Assembly: GCA_963716745.1 (NCBI GenBank)
Contig: OY970320.1
Location: forward strand, 2,048,001-2,112,000
Direction of reading: 5' to 3'
Origin: an uncultured Gemmatimonadaceae bacterium
Lineage (GTDB): Bacteria; Gemmatimonadota; Gemmatimonadetes; Gemmatimonadales; Gemmatimonadaceae
DNA: 64,000 nucleotides
In this document: piece by piece, positions 42,372-51,641 of the stretch
How positions within the stretch are numbered: position 1 is the stretch's first letter
How the letters are laid out: each line of letters starts with the position of its first letter
Made by a program: the position numbers and the translations under genes
Notes under the pieces: generated by a model
The model's database searches: none
Told to the model about the DNA's origin: nothing
Seen by the model: only the letters and a program-made list of their open reading frames with translations

Positions 42372-43315
42372 GGCGCGTGCAGCGGAGGCAGCGACGGTTC
42401 GATGGTCGCGCGCGCCGATTCGAGCCACGGGGGGAGCTTGAGCGCGCTTCCGAGCGTCGCGCGTGGCTCATCGATCAGGAAGCCCGGGATATCGGTCGCG
42501 ATCTCGAAGAGCACGCCACCCGGTTCGTGGAAATAGATCGAATGGAAATACTGGCGGTCGCGCACCGGCGTCACGTGTGCGCCGGCGTCCATGAGCTCGG
42601 CGCGCGACGCCAACTCTGCGTCGTCACCGGGCACGCGCCACGCGACGTGATGCACGGTTCCGATGCCCATCACGCCCTTGGGGAATCCGTGCGTTTCGCG
42701 CACGTCGACGATCGCGCCGGGCCCGCCGCTGCCCGTCACGAATCGCTGCGTGGCGCCCTCGCTGCCACCGGCACGGAACCCCATCGTCGCCGTGAGGAGC
42801 GCGGCGCTGGGAGCGATCGCGTCCACCCACAGCGTGACCGCGTGCATCCCACGGATCGCGTGCTCCGCGGGCACGGTGCTCCCGTCGAACGACCAGGCCG
42901 CGCGCTCCGCGGCGCGCGGATGCGCGACGAGCTCGAGCGCGATGCCATCCCGATCGCGGAACGTGACCACCTGCTCGCCGAAGCGCTTCAGCGGCCCCTC
43001 GTGCGGGACACCGCGCGCGACGAGCCGTTCGAGCCACCACCCGAGGGATCCCTGCGGAATGGAGAGGGAGATGACGTTCACTTGCCCGGTGCCGCCGCGG
43101 CCGCGGCTCGCATCGCCCCATGGGAAGAACGTCACGAGCGTGCTCGGCGCGCCGGTCTCGTCGCCGAAATACAGGTGATACGTACCGGGGTCGTCGAAAT
43201 TCACGGTGCGCTTCACGAGCCGCATGCCGAGCGTACCGGCATAGAAATCCACGGTCCCCTGCGGCGACCCGGAGATCGCCGTGACGTGGTGCAAGCCGCT
43301 GATCGCGATGGGCAT
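42368..43315 (-). CDS. Ring-cleaving dioxygenase, VOC family (MhqO/MhqA-like)
   Basis: [56 protein letters not shown]. Confidence 0.93.
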   Translation of the reverse strand: [315 protein letters not shown]

Positions 43316-43345
43316 ACGGATAACGTACTCTTAGCGTCTGGGTAG

Positions 43346-43430
43346 AAACAGCTTTGACAGGATGAACGTGATGGAGATGATGAACGACTCGTTCATCATC
43401 TCCATCATGTTCATCCTGTCAAAGCTGTTT
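43346..43430. repeat. Near-perfect 85-bp palindrome
   Basis: AAACAGCTTTGACAGGATGAACGTGATGGAGATGATGAACGA-C-reverse complement, one G.T difference. Confidence 0.92.
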
Positions 43431-43455
43431 GTTACCAGAGACCCGCGACTAACCC

Positions 43456-43923
43456 TCAGGCGCTGCGGCGATGGCGTGTACTGGGTCCCACGACACGGGC
43501 GCGGCCGAGGCGTTCGAGATTGTTCGCGAAAGCGAGCGCGAGCGGACTCGTCTCGGAACTCACGAGCACGTCCAGCGGCGCGGTGATCACGCGCGCGACC
43601 GTCGATGCGTCCATATCGGGGAGCGGCGACGCGGTGAACCGTTCCTTCGCCATCGGCTCCGTTGCGAAGAAGAAGCTGGTCAGGAAGCTCGCCATGGATT
43701 CGTCACCGCCGCGATGGCGGCGGAGGTCGATGATCATGGCGCGGACGCCGGCGAGCCGGCGGATCACGGCGGCCATCGCGAGGCGCGCGGCGGACGTATT
43801 CTCGAAGGCGGTGAACTCGACATAGCCGGCGCGGCTGCCCAGGCGCGCGGTACGCGCGATGCCATGGGCGGAGGCCGCGGTGCGGCGCGCCGCGGCATGG
43901 CGGCGCAGGAGGGTGGATCGCAT
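43456..43923 (-). CDS. Short S41 peptidase-like domain protein (possibly degenerate)
   Basis: GYVEF, MIIDLRRHRGG, VLVSSET, GRARVVG. Confidence 0.55.
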   Translation of the reverse strand: MRSTLLRRHAAARRTAASAHGIARTARLGSRAGYVEFTAFENTSAARLAMAAVIRRLAGVRAMIIDLRRHRGGDESMASFLTSFFFATEPMAKERFTASPLPDMDASTVARVITAPLDVLVSSETSPLALAFANNLERLGRARVVGPSTRHRRSA

Positions 43924-44087
43924 ACGGATCTCCATTCGGGTGACGCACGGCGATCCGTGCGCTCAGCCGGTTGGACACCACGCTCTCCCGAGATGGTTTA
44001 CGCGCGCGCGGCGCCTACGATAGAATGAGAGTGCGCGCGCCGCGCGCACATCCGAACCCACCCGACCGGATCCCGAGGAGCCGCGCC

Positions 44088-44666
44088 ATGCATGACATCG
44101 TGCAACTGTTCACGTCCCACGACATCTCGTTCCTCGAGAAACTCCTCCGCACGCTCATCGTGTACGCGTTCCTGCTCATCGGACTGCGACTCGGAGGCAA
44201 ACGCGAACTCGGCATGCTCAACCCGTTCGATCTCGTGGTGCTCCTGGTGCTCTCGAACACGCTCCAGAACGCGATCATCGGCCCCGACAACTCGCTCGTG
44301 GGCGGCCTCACCGGCGCGGCGATCCTGCTGGCCGTGAACTATCTCGTGGTGCGATTCCTGTTCTCCCACCCGAAGCTCGATCGCTACGTCGAGGGCGAGT
44401 CACTCGTGCTCGTGCGCGAGGGGAGAGTGCTCCAGGAGAACATGAACAGGGAATTGATCACGCAGAACGAACTGGAATCGCGCGCGCGGCTCCAGGGCAT
44501 CGACGACCTGGCGCACGTGTCATGCGCTCGCATCGAGGTGGGAGGCGCGCTCACGTTCGTGCTCAAGCATCCCACCACCGCCGAGGACCACCAGAAGGCG
44601 GTGCGTGACAGGCTCGCGCGGATCGAATCGACGCTGGACGCGCTCTCGGCGCGCCTGGGCGCGTAG
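44088..44666 (+). CDS. DUF421/YetF membrane protein
   Basis: LRLGGKRELGMLNPFDLV; LVREG..ENM; ARIE-GG. Confidence 0.85.
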   Translation: MHDIVQLFTSHDISFLEKLLRTLIVYAFLLIGLRLGGKRELGMLNPFDLVVLLVLSNTLQNAIIGPDNSLVGGLTGAAILLAVNYLVVRFLFSHPKLDRYVEGESLVLVREGRVLQENMNRELITQNELESRARLQGIDDLAHVSCARIEVGGALTFVLKHPTTAEDHQKAVRDRLARIESTLDALSARLGA

Positions 44667-44678
44667 CGCGAGCGGCGC

Positions 44679-45737
44679 TCAGCCCTCGCAGTGCCGCTTC
44701 ACTTCCTTCGCGAGTTTCCCCGGATCGTTGATGATCTGGTAGAACTCATCGAAGTAGGCGAGCGTGCTCTGCGCCGCGGCCGGCTCGAGCAGCGGATTGC
44801 CCGTGTACAGCGCCGTGATCGCCGGCCGGCGGTCGTTGAAGATCTTGATCGCACCGGCGAGCTCCGCGGGCGTGAAGCAGTAACTGGTCCAGAGGCGATT
44901 GCGCACCGAGTGGATCGGGAGCGACTTGTCGGGCGTTGCATAGCGCGCATTCACCGCGCCACTCCAGTCGAAATCGTAGGCCACCGGATAGTAGACCACC
45001 GGGAACGTTCCGGCGGTGCCGACGAAGCGCGTGTTGTGCATCGCCGCCAGGCTCCAATCGGTGTTCGCGATCATGTACTGGAAGAGTGACATGAGCCCGA
45101 GCACCGCCGGATCGAAATCATCGCGCCCGGCGTTCTTGGCCGAGACCGAGGAGGCGGCGTTGCGCGCCGCCATATCGCCGTGGTCCTCGAGGAAGAAGCC
45201 TCGCGTGACGATCGGCGCGCGATCGGGATGCGCGGTGTCGGCGTACGTGATGTTCACGAATCGCGCGCGGAAGCTGAGCGGCGTCAGGAGATCGTACACG
45301 CGATAGAGCAGATACTCCTGCGGGATGTATCCCTCGTAGTCCGCGCGCCCCGGCCAGCAGGTGGTGACGAGCTTCAGCTTCTTCTGCTTGGCGAACACGG
45401 TGCCCTTCACGTCCTTCTCGAACTTGACGGACACCGGCGGGAACTCGCACGTGCTGGCCTTGCGGCGGTAATGCCCGCGCGGGCGGAGGCCGATGCGCAG
45501 CGTATCGGCGCCGGTGATGAGCCGGCCCGGGATCCACGGCGCGGTGCTGTCGCGCGTGGCCATGTATTTCTTGATGTCGCTCGCGATCGTGATCGAGAAT
45601 ACCGAGTCGCTCGAGAATAACTTCGTGGGCTTGGCCGGCTCCACGGGGGCCGCCGCATCCTGGGCGCCGACGGACGAAACGCCCGCGCACGCCGCCGCGA
45701 AGAGCGCGGCTGCAATGGCCCGCCTAGACGAGTTCAA
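44679..45737 (-). CDS. Exported protein with possible CotH/kinase-like fold (start uncertain)
   Basis: RPRGHYRR, KLKLVT, EYLLYRVY, FQYMIANTDW, HN, PVAYDFD. Confidence 0.5.
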   Translation of the reverse strand: MNSSRRAIAAALFAAACAGVSSVGAQDAAAPVEPAKPTKLFSSDSVFSITIASDIKKYMATRDSTAPWIPGRLITGADTLRIGLRPRGHYRRKASTCEFPPVSVKFEKDVKGTVFAKQKKLKLVTTCWPGRADYEGYIPQEYLLYRVYDLLTPLSFRARFVNITYADTAHPDRAPIVTRGFFLEDHGDMAARNAASSVSAKNAGRDDFDPAVLGLMSLFQYMIANTDWSLAAMHNTRFVGTAGTFPVVYYPVAYDFDWSGAVNARYATPDKSLPIHSVRNRLWTSYCFTPAELAGAIKIFNDRRPAITALYTGNPLLEPAAAQSTLAYFDEFYQIINDPGKLAKEVKRHCEG

Positions 45738-46797
45738 CGCGCTCCACGATGTCGCCCGCCGCGCGCTGGATCTCGCCGAGGAGCTCCGCGGCGTTCCCCT
45801 GCTCTCCGAGGTGGAACGGATACTCAACCACATGTTCGGTCGGCGATTCATGCACAACGTCGCCGAAGCGCCAATGGGAGAGCCGGCTGCGCAGGATCGG
45901 CTCGACGATCAAGCGGACTCCCTCCGGGTCGCGGGTGTGCACCCGCAGCAGATGATCGAACATGGGCTCGGCTTCTTTCTTCCCGAAGCCGAGGTCCTTG
46001 GTGAGCTTCTTCGCGCGGCGCCACGCGCGGTCGGCGAGCGCGTCGAGCTGCGACGGCGACATCGCCTTCAGGATCTCGTCGTCCACCACCGCGACGAAGC
46101 TCTGCGTGTGACTCACCTGTTCGCGCGTGCGCGAGAGCCGGTCCTCGGCGAGCGAGCCTCCGAGCGCCGCGGGCTCGCGGCCGAAGTCCGTGGACCAGAG
46201 GAGCACCGTGACGAGATTGAACGCGATAGAGAGCACCATCGCCACCGGCACTTGCACGCCGCACGCGAGGCCAATCGCGGCGCCCACGAGGATATACACG
46301 GCGTCCTTGCTGTCCTCGAGCGTGTTGCGGAAGCGCACGGCGGCGACGATGCCGGCGAGGCTGAACGCAAGAGCGAGCGAGTTCTTCACCAGCACCACGA
46401 TCCCGGCGTCCACCACCGGCAATACGATGATCACCTGCGCGAGCGCCTGTTGATAGCCCTTCTTATGCCGCGTGAGGATGTAGCACCACGCGACGGGTAG
46501 GGAGAGCAGGAACGCCGCGACGATCGCGAGCGACGCCGAGATCGCGAGCCCCGACTCATCCGACTGTCCAGCCGCGCTCCCGGTGGTGAGGTCCACGCTC
46601 TTCGACACGCCGGCGCGCCCCTGGCCGCCTCCTCCGGTCAATTCCGTGATCGACTTCGCGAAGTAACCGTGCCACGAATCCGGCATCGTACGCCAGGTGA
46701 CGTACACGGTGAGCGCAACGAAGATGTAGTAGAGGAATGTGCGCAGCAGGATGTTGTCCCACGTGCGCCGGAGCAGAGAATCTCTCGATGAAGCCAT
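45724..46797 (-). CDS. DUF4956 membrane protein
   Basis: NSLALAFSLAGIVAAVRFRNTLEDSKD..IGLACG. Confidence 0.8.
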   Translation of the reverse strand: MASSRDSLLRRTWDNILLRTFLYYIFVALTVYVTWRTMPDSWHGYFAKSITELTGGGGQGRAGVSKSVDLTTGSAAGQSDESGLAISASLAIVAAFLLSLPVAWCYILTRHKKGYQQALAQVIIVLPVVDAGIVVLVKNSLALAFSLAGIVAAVRFRNTLEDSKDAVYILVGAAIGLACGVQVPVAMVLSIAFNLVTVLLWSTDFGREPAALGGSLAEDRLSRTREQVSHTQSFVAVVDDEILKAMSPSQLDALADRAWRRAKKLTKDLGFGKKEAEPMFDHLLRVHTRDPEGVRLIVEPILRSRLSHWRFGDVVHESPTEHVVEYPFHLGEQGNAAELLGEIQRAAGDIVERVELV

Positions 46798-46829
46798 GCG
46801 CAATTCTGCGGCTTGTGCACGGGTGATGC

Positions 46830-46943
46830 AACTACGCGGGAAGCGGGAAGCGGGAAGCGCCGCGAGAACTGAACGGGAAGCGATGGCTTCCCGGTTGTTC
46901 TCGCACCCCGCGGCGCTTCCCGCTTCCCGCTTCCCGCGTAGTT
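46830..46943. repeat. Complete AACTAC...GTAGTT element with perfect 35-bp (GGGAAGC)3 inverted arms
   Basis: 46830-46864 is the exact reverse complement of 46909-46943. Confidence 0.92.
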
Positions 46944-47379
46944 AAGCCCGCAACGTATCCGCCTGCCAGTTCTGGACGGCCTGCTTGATGGTCTTTCGGT
47001 CCGGCAATTCGCCGCCGAGCGTGCGGTCCACCAGCGCTGGGAGTTCGGCATCCGAGGCGAAGCGGAGACCGATCAGCTGCGCGTGCGTGAGCTTCATGAT
47101 CTTCTCGCGCGCGCCGGCGCCGAGGACGCGCTCGAGGCGCGTCCGCATCTCGTGACGGATCACGCGGTCCTGTACCGTCACGACCTGACCCCGGACGTCG
47201 AACGCCAACATGAAGAGCGCGATGAACACCACGGCCATCCAGAGGTTCATCCCGGTTGGATCCTTGATCGCGATCACGATGAACACGATCGCGTTGATGA
47301 ACAGAATGGGCAGCGATGTGAAGTGATACATCCAGCGGAAGCGGGTGTGATTCGAGAAATTCTGGGTGGATTCAGCCAT
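46942..47379 (-). CDS. Small membrane protein (DUF6526-like)
   Basis: QNFSNHTR, QDRVIRHEMR, QLIGLRFASDAEL, IKQAV-NW-AD. Confidence 0.7.
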   Translation of the reverse strand: MAESTQNFSNHTRFRWMYHFTSLPILFINAIVFIVIAIKDPTGMNLWMAVVFIALFMLAFDVRGQVVTVQDRVIRHEMRTRLERVLGAGAREKIMKLTHAQLIGLRFASDAELPALVDRTLGGELPDRKTIKQAVQNWQADTLRA

Positions 47380-47388
47380 GGTCGTGCC

Positions 47389-47859
47389 TCACGGAGTGGA
47401 AGGGGCGGTGCGGGGCGCGGCGCCGGCCTGCCGCGCGAACTGCTGCAGTCGCGCGAGGATGGCCGATAGGCCGACCTCGCGCGAGCCGAGTCCGATGTTG
47501 TCCATCATAGTACGAACGAAGTCGGCCGGGATCGACAGCGTCGCGGCCGGCGGCTGGTCGTTCACCGCCGAGAAGACGATCGCCAGGAACGCGGCGATCG
47601 TGGGCGACTGCCGCACGTTCACGTCGGCGTAGAAGTGGAGCAGGCCATCGTGCAGCTCCGGAAATATGTCAACGCGTGTCTGGCACTCGGGCACGGTGAA
47701 GTTCGTGCGGTCGAGCGCCACGAACCGTTCCGGGAGTGGCTCGAGCCGCTTCGACCACGAGACGAGCGCCGCCATCTTGTCCTCGCGGCCGAGCGCACGA
47801 AACGTCCGCAACACGCGGTCGATCGACGAGGGTTCGGGGGCGGAGGGGTCGCTCGGCAT
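47389..47859 (-). CDS. sufE: SufE family sulfur acceptor
   Basis: L---SKRL-PLP, VPECQT-V, LG-SR--GL. Confidence 0.7.
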   Translation of the reverse strand: MPSDPSAPEPSSIDRVLRTFRALGREDKMAALVSWSKRLEPLPERFVALDRTNFTVPECQTRVDIFPELHDGLLHFYADVNVRQSPTIAAFLAIVFSAVNDQPPAATLSIPADFVRTMMDNIGLGSREVGLSAILARLQQFARQAGAAPRTAPSTP

Positions 47860-47977
47860 CTGCAAGTGGGATCGGGACAGTCTTCGAAGCCTATGACGGG
47901 CGAAAAGGTTCCGCGCGGCTTGCGCTCGCGGCGCTGGCGGGCACATTCAGGCGACCCGCAGCCGCCCGAGGGCTCCC

Positions 47978-48757
47978 GTGACACAGGTCGTGCTCCGCCC
48001 ACGTTCCGCGAGCGAGATCATCGATGTGTCGCTGCAGATCTTGCGCCGGAATTATCCGGCGCTCGTCACGCTTTCGGTCGCTGCGATGCTCCCGCTCGCG
48101 GCGGTCGCGGCGTTCACGAGTGCGCGCTCCCTCCCGGGCGGTGCCATGGCGCCGAATGCTCTCGACGGCCTGACGGTCCTCATCAGTCTCGCGTCCGCCG
48201 TGTTCTACATCGTGGCGCAGAACGCGGTGATGGTCGGCGCCTCACAGGCGTATCTGGGCGAACCGGTGCGCGCGGGCATCGCGCTGCGACGGGCCGCAAT
48301 GCGGACGCTGCCACTCATTCTTCTGGGCTTCGTGCTCTATATCGGCGTCATCCTGGGAATGATCCTGCTCATCATCCCCGGCATCTACCTCGCGATCCGC
48401 TGGCTGCCGCTGCCAATGGTGACGGTGCTTGAGGATGGCGATCCCGGACAGACGCTGCGGCGAGTGTGGGCGCTGAGCCGCGACAACGCGTGGCACATAT
48501 TCGTTCTCGCGATCATCATCATGTGCATCTATATCGGCGTCGCCTTCATCGCGATCTTCCTCATGTCTGGATCGCTGGCGTTCGGGGCGCGTGCGACGGC
48601 CGCCGGTTCGATCCTGTACTACGCGGTGCTCGCACTCTTCTTCCCGTTCTTCGAGATGGTCTTCGTGGCGCTCTACTACGATCTGCGCGTCCGCCACGAA
48701 GGACTCGATGTCGAGATGATGGCGCAGGGACTCGGCGACGTCGCGCCCGAGGTCTGA
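47978..48757 (+). CDS. Multi-TM membrane protein, paralog 1
   Basis: LRPRS--EIID..IPGIY..YYDLRVRHEGLD. Confidence 0.75.
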   Translation: MTQVVLRPRSASEIIDVSLQILRRNYPALVTLSVAAMLPLAAVAAFTSARSLPGGAMAPNALDGLTVLISLASAVFYIVAQNAVMVGASQAYLGEPVRAGIALRRAAMRTLPLILLGFVLYIGVILGMILLIIPGIYLAIRWLPLPMVTVLEDGDPGQTLRRVWALSRDNAWHIFVLAIIIMCIYIGVAFIAIFLMSGSLAFGARATAAGSILYYAVLALFFPFFEMVFVALYYDLRVRHEGLDVEMMAQGLGDVAPEV

Positions 48758-48764
48758 GCGAGTC

Positions 48765-49547
48765 ATGACCGACACCACACTCCGCCCGCGCACGCCCACC
48801 GAGGCCGTCGACGCCGCGATCCGCCTGGCGTCCGGACACCTCGGCAGTTGGGTCGCGCTCAACGCGTTGATCACGCTGCCCGCCGTCGCGTACTGGGCGC
48901 TCAATTTCGACGCGGTCGGCACGCCGCAGGGGATGGCGGCGGATCATTACCGGACGTTCAGCATCCTCGCCGTGGTCAACCTCCTGATCGGCGGACTCGC
49001 GACCGCGGCGGTGGTCGCGGCGATGTCCGAGGTGTATCTCGGCCGCGCGCTGCGACTCGGGTCCGCGTTCCAGCGGATGCTCGCGCGCTCGCCCGTGCTG
49101 ATCGTCGCGATCCTGCTGCGGTGGTTCCTCCTGATCCTCGGCACCGTGCTGTTCATCGCGCCCGGCATTTACGTCGGATTCCGCACCGTGTGCCTCGAAG
49201 CCGTAGCGATGCTTGAGCCCGAGCGACGCTCACCCTTTGGCGTGTTCGGCCGCACCTGGTCGCTGGCGGAGAGCGAAGTGGCGCATCTCTTCGTCACGAT
49301 GCTGCTCGCGATGGTGATCTACCTCGCGGGCTACGCGGTGTCCGAGGTGATCGTGCGCGTGCTCGGCGCGACGGCTCCGGTGCTGAACTCGCTGCGCTCG
49401 CGCCGGCTGATCCAGACTGCGCTGCTGCTCTTCGTGCAGCCGATCATTCCGGCGACCGTCACGGTGCTCTACTACGATCTCCGCGTGCGGAAAGAGGCGC
49501 TCGACCTGGAGTTGATGGCCAGCTCACTCGAGGCGCCGGCGCCCTAG
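48765..49547 (+). CDS. Multi-TM membrane protein, tandem paralog 2
   Basis: LRPRT--EAVD..APGIY..YYDLRVRKEALD. Confidence 0.75.
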   Translation: MTDTTLRPRTPTEAVDAAIRLASGHLGSWVALNALITLPAVAYWALNFDAVGTPQGMAADHYRTFSILAVVNLLIGGLATAAVVAAMSEVYLGRALRLGSAFQRMLARSPVLIVAILLRWFLLILGTVLFIAPGIYVGFRTVCLEAVAMLEPERRSPFGVFGRTWSLAESEVAHLFVTMLLAMVIYLAGYAVSEVIVRVLGATAPVLNSLRSRRLIQTALLLFVQPIIPATVTVLYYDLRVRKEALDLELMASSLEAPAP

Positions 49548-50128
49548 GTTCGGTCCGGCGGCGCGGACGGAGCGGGTGGAAGTTCGTGCTTCTGCGTCAC
49601 GCCACCGGAGACGATGAAGGCCATGACATCCGCGCTCTCGAGCTCGATGCGGCGCACGCGTGACCGCGGCACCACGAACAGATTGCCGGCGAAGTTGTAG
49701 CTCTCGGGGAGATACACCGCGACATGGTCGGCGAGGCCGAAGTCGGTCATCGACTCGCTCGTCACGAAGCCGATCGCCATTACCACACCATCGGGCTGCA
49801 ACTGCACGAGCACGGGCTTATCGAATCGCCGCTTCTCGCCCACGAACGCGCTGAGCAGGTCTTTGCTGCTCGAATAGAGCAGCCGCACGAACGGCAGCTT
49901 GCGCATCAGCTCTTCGAACATCGCGAGCGCCTGCCGTGCGAAGATGTTCGACGCGATGAATCCGATGAGCGTGATCGCCGCGATCGTGATCGCGAATCCC
50001 ACGCCCGGCAGCGGGATGCGCAGCCAGCCGTCGATGAAATGGAACGCGGTCCAGCCGATGTAGAGCGTGAGCGCCACGGGTGCCGTGACGATCAGGCCCC
50101 GCAGGAAATACGCGACGAGTTTGCGCAT
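49544..50128 (-). CDS. DUF502 membrane protein
   Basis: YFLRGLI--P---T, LPFVRLLYS, AVYLP-SY---G, FIVSGG. Confidence 0.85.
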   Translation of the reverse strand: MRKLVAYFLRGLIVTAPVALTLYIGWTAFHFIDGWLRIPLPGVGFAITIAAITLIGFIASNIFARQALAMFEELMRKLPFVRLLYSSSKDLLSAFVGEKRRFDKPVLVQLQPDGVVMAIGFVTSESMTDFGLADHVAVYLPESYNFAGNLFVVPRSRVRRIELESADVMAFIVSGGVTQKHELPPAPSAPPDRT

Positions 50129-50159
50129 GCCTACTAATGTGAGAGTCTACGACCGATTC

Positions 50160-50324
50160 AACTGCGCGTGTGGCGACAAGTACCACTGAAACAGCGCGTC
50201 TAGCAACTGAGCGTATAGTACTGCAGGGCGGGAGTGGGCGTCGTACCTACTTCCGCCCTGCCGTACTATACGCTCAGTTGCTAGACGCGCTGTTTCAGCG
50301 GTACTAAGGCCTACACGCGCAGTT
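50160..50324. repeat. REP-doublet/MITE-like inverted repeat, copy 2
   Basis: Same arm core (GTACCACTGAAACAGCGCG..GCAACTGAGCGTAT) as 40184-40326; ends AACTGC...GCAGTT. Confidence 0.9.
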
Positions 50325-51480
50325 AATGGATCGGGACAGACACCGCGGTCTTATCCCATGAGAGTGTCAGCCCCGCGGGCGTGAAGCTGTATTTGAGCAT
50401 CTCCACCGCGGCGGGCAGCGTGGCCACGGTCATGTCCACGCGCGCGAGATCCATGGTGGGATCGTACTCGGTGCCCCACTCCTTGGTCTTCTTACTGATC
50501 ACGAGCTTCCACGACGTCGAGTTCGGCACCATGAACAGCGTGTACTCGCCGGCCGGCACCGCAGCGCCGCCCATCGAGATGTCCTTGCTCGTGGTGAACG
50601 TCGTCGCGGCGTTCGCGCCGGCACGCCACACCACGTTCCACGGTACGACATCGCCGAAGATCACGCGCCCGCGCACGCTCGGCTGGCTGTATGCGACGCT
50701 GAGATTCGCGCCGCCGATGGTGCCGCGAACGGTGTCGGCCGGCGAGAGCTGCCCGAGCGGACGGCTCGCGTAGCGCGCGGCGAACCCGGCAACATCGTAG
50801 TCGGCGAGGCGCTTCACGACCACCTGCTGCGTCGAACCGGGCGCGAAGTAGCCGAGAATGTGCCCCTCGGCATCGATTTTGGCGCGCGCCAGACCGAATA
50901 CGCTGAAGATCGTGACAGAGTCCTTTCCAACACGCTTGATCACCGTGGTGTAGTGAGCAGTGTCCGACACGAAGAGCTGGGGGATCTCGGTGGAGTCCTT
51001 ACCGCCCTTCACCGCACGCATCACCGCCACCTCCCACATGCCGAAGCCGAGATTCATGTAGGGAAGCGTCGTGGGTGGCGTCACGATGTGCATCGTGCGC
51101 GTGCTGTCGCTCTGCGCGACTTCATGGATCGCGTTGCCCATCGGCGTCATCGTCGCGTGCACTAATACCTTCCGATCGGGACCGGAGCCGGGTCCGAAGG
51201 CTGATATTTCGTACGCCGCGAGATTGCCGGCCTTATCGAGCGTGAGTGCGTACTCGCGTGTGGCGGTCATCGTCGAACGGACGACGCTCGTGCCTTTCCG
51301 CACACCGTCCACGACGGTGTACTGCTCGACGGCGATCGTGTCGGTGCCGATGGTAACTACGAATGCGCCGGATTCCTTTGCCACGCTGCGTGCCGCGGCG
51401 AGCGTACCCACCACCAGGAGTGCCGCGCCGAGCGCGGCCGCATGGCGGGACTTCCCCTTCACGAATGTGCGAACTGACAT
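50323..51480 (-). CDS. DUF2911 domain exported protein
   Basis: YSQPSVRGRVIFG-VVPW--VWRAGANAAT, WG--YD. Confidence 0.85.
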   Translation of the reverse strand: MSVRTFVKGKSRHAAALGAALLVVGTLAAARSVAKESGAFVVTIGTDTIAVEQYTVVDGVRKGTSVVRSTMTATREYALTLDKAGNLAAYEISAFGPGSGPDRKVLVHATMTPMGNAIHEVAQSDSTRTMHIVTPPTTLPYMNLGFGMWEVAVMRAVKGGKDSTEIPQLFVSDTAHYTTVIKRVGKDSVTIFSVFGLARAKIDAEGHILGYFAPGSTQQVVVKRLADYDVAGFAARYASRPLGQLSPADTVRGTIGGANLSVAYSQPSVRGRVIFGDVVPWNVVWRAGANAATTFTTSKDISMGGAAVPAGEYTLFMVPNSTSWKLVISKKTKEWGTEYDPTMDLARVDMTVATLPAAVEMLKYSFTPAGLTLSWDKTAVSVPIH

Positions 51481-51641
51481 GTTGACTCCCGTTCGAATGT
51501 TGCCCTGGGGGTGGACCAAGAAAGTAGCCGGTCCCGGCGCCAGGCGCTCGGCATTCGCGCCGAGAACCGCAGTTTGCGTCCGGAATCGGATAGATTGAAT
51601 ACACGGCACGGCCCAAATTGGCCCCTAACCTGGAGGCCACT

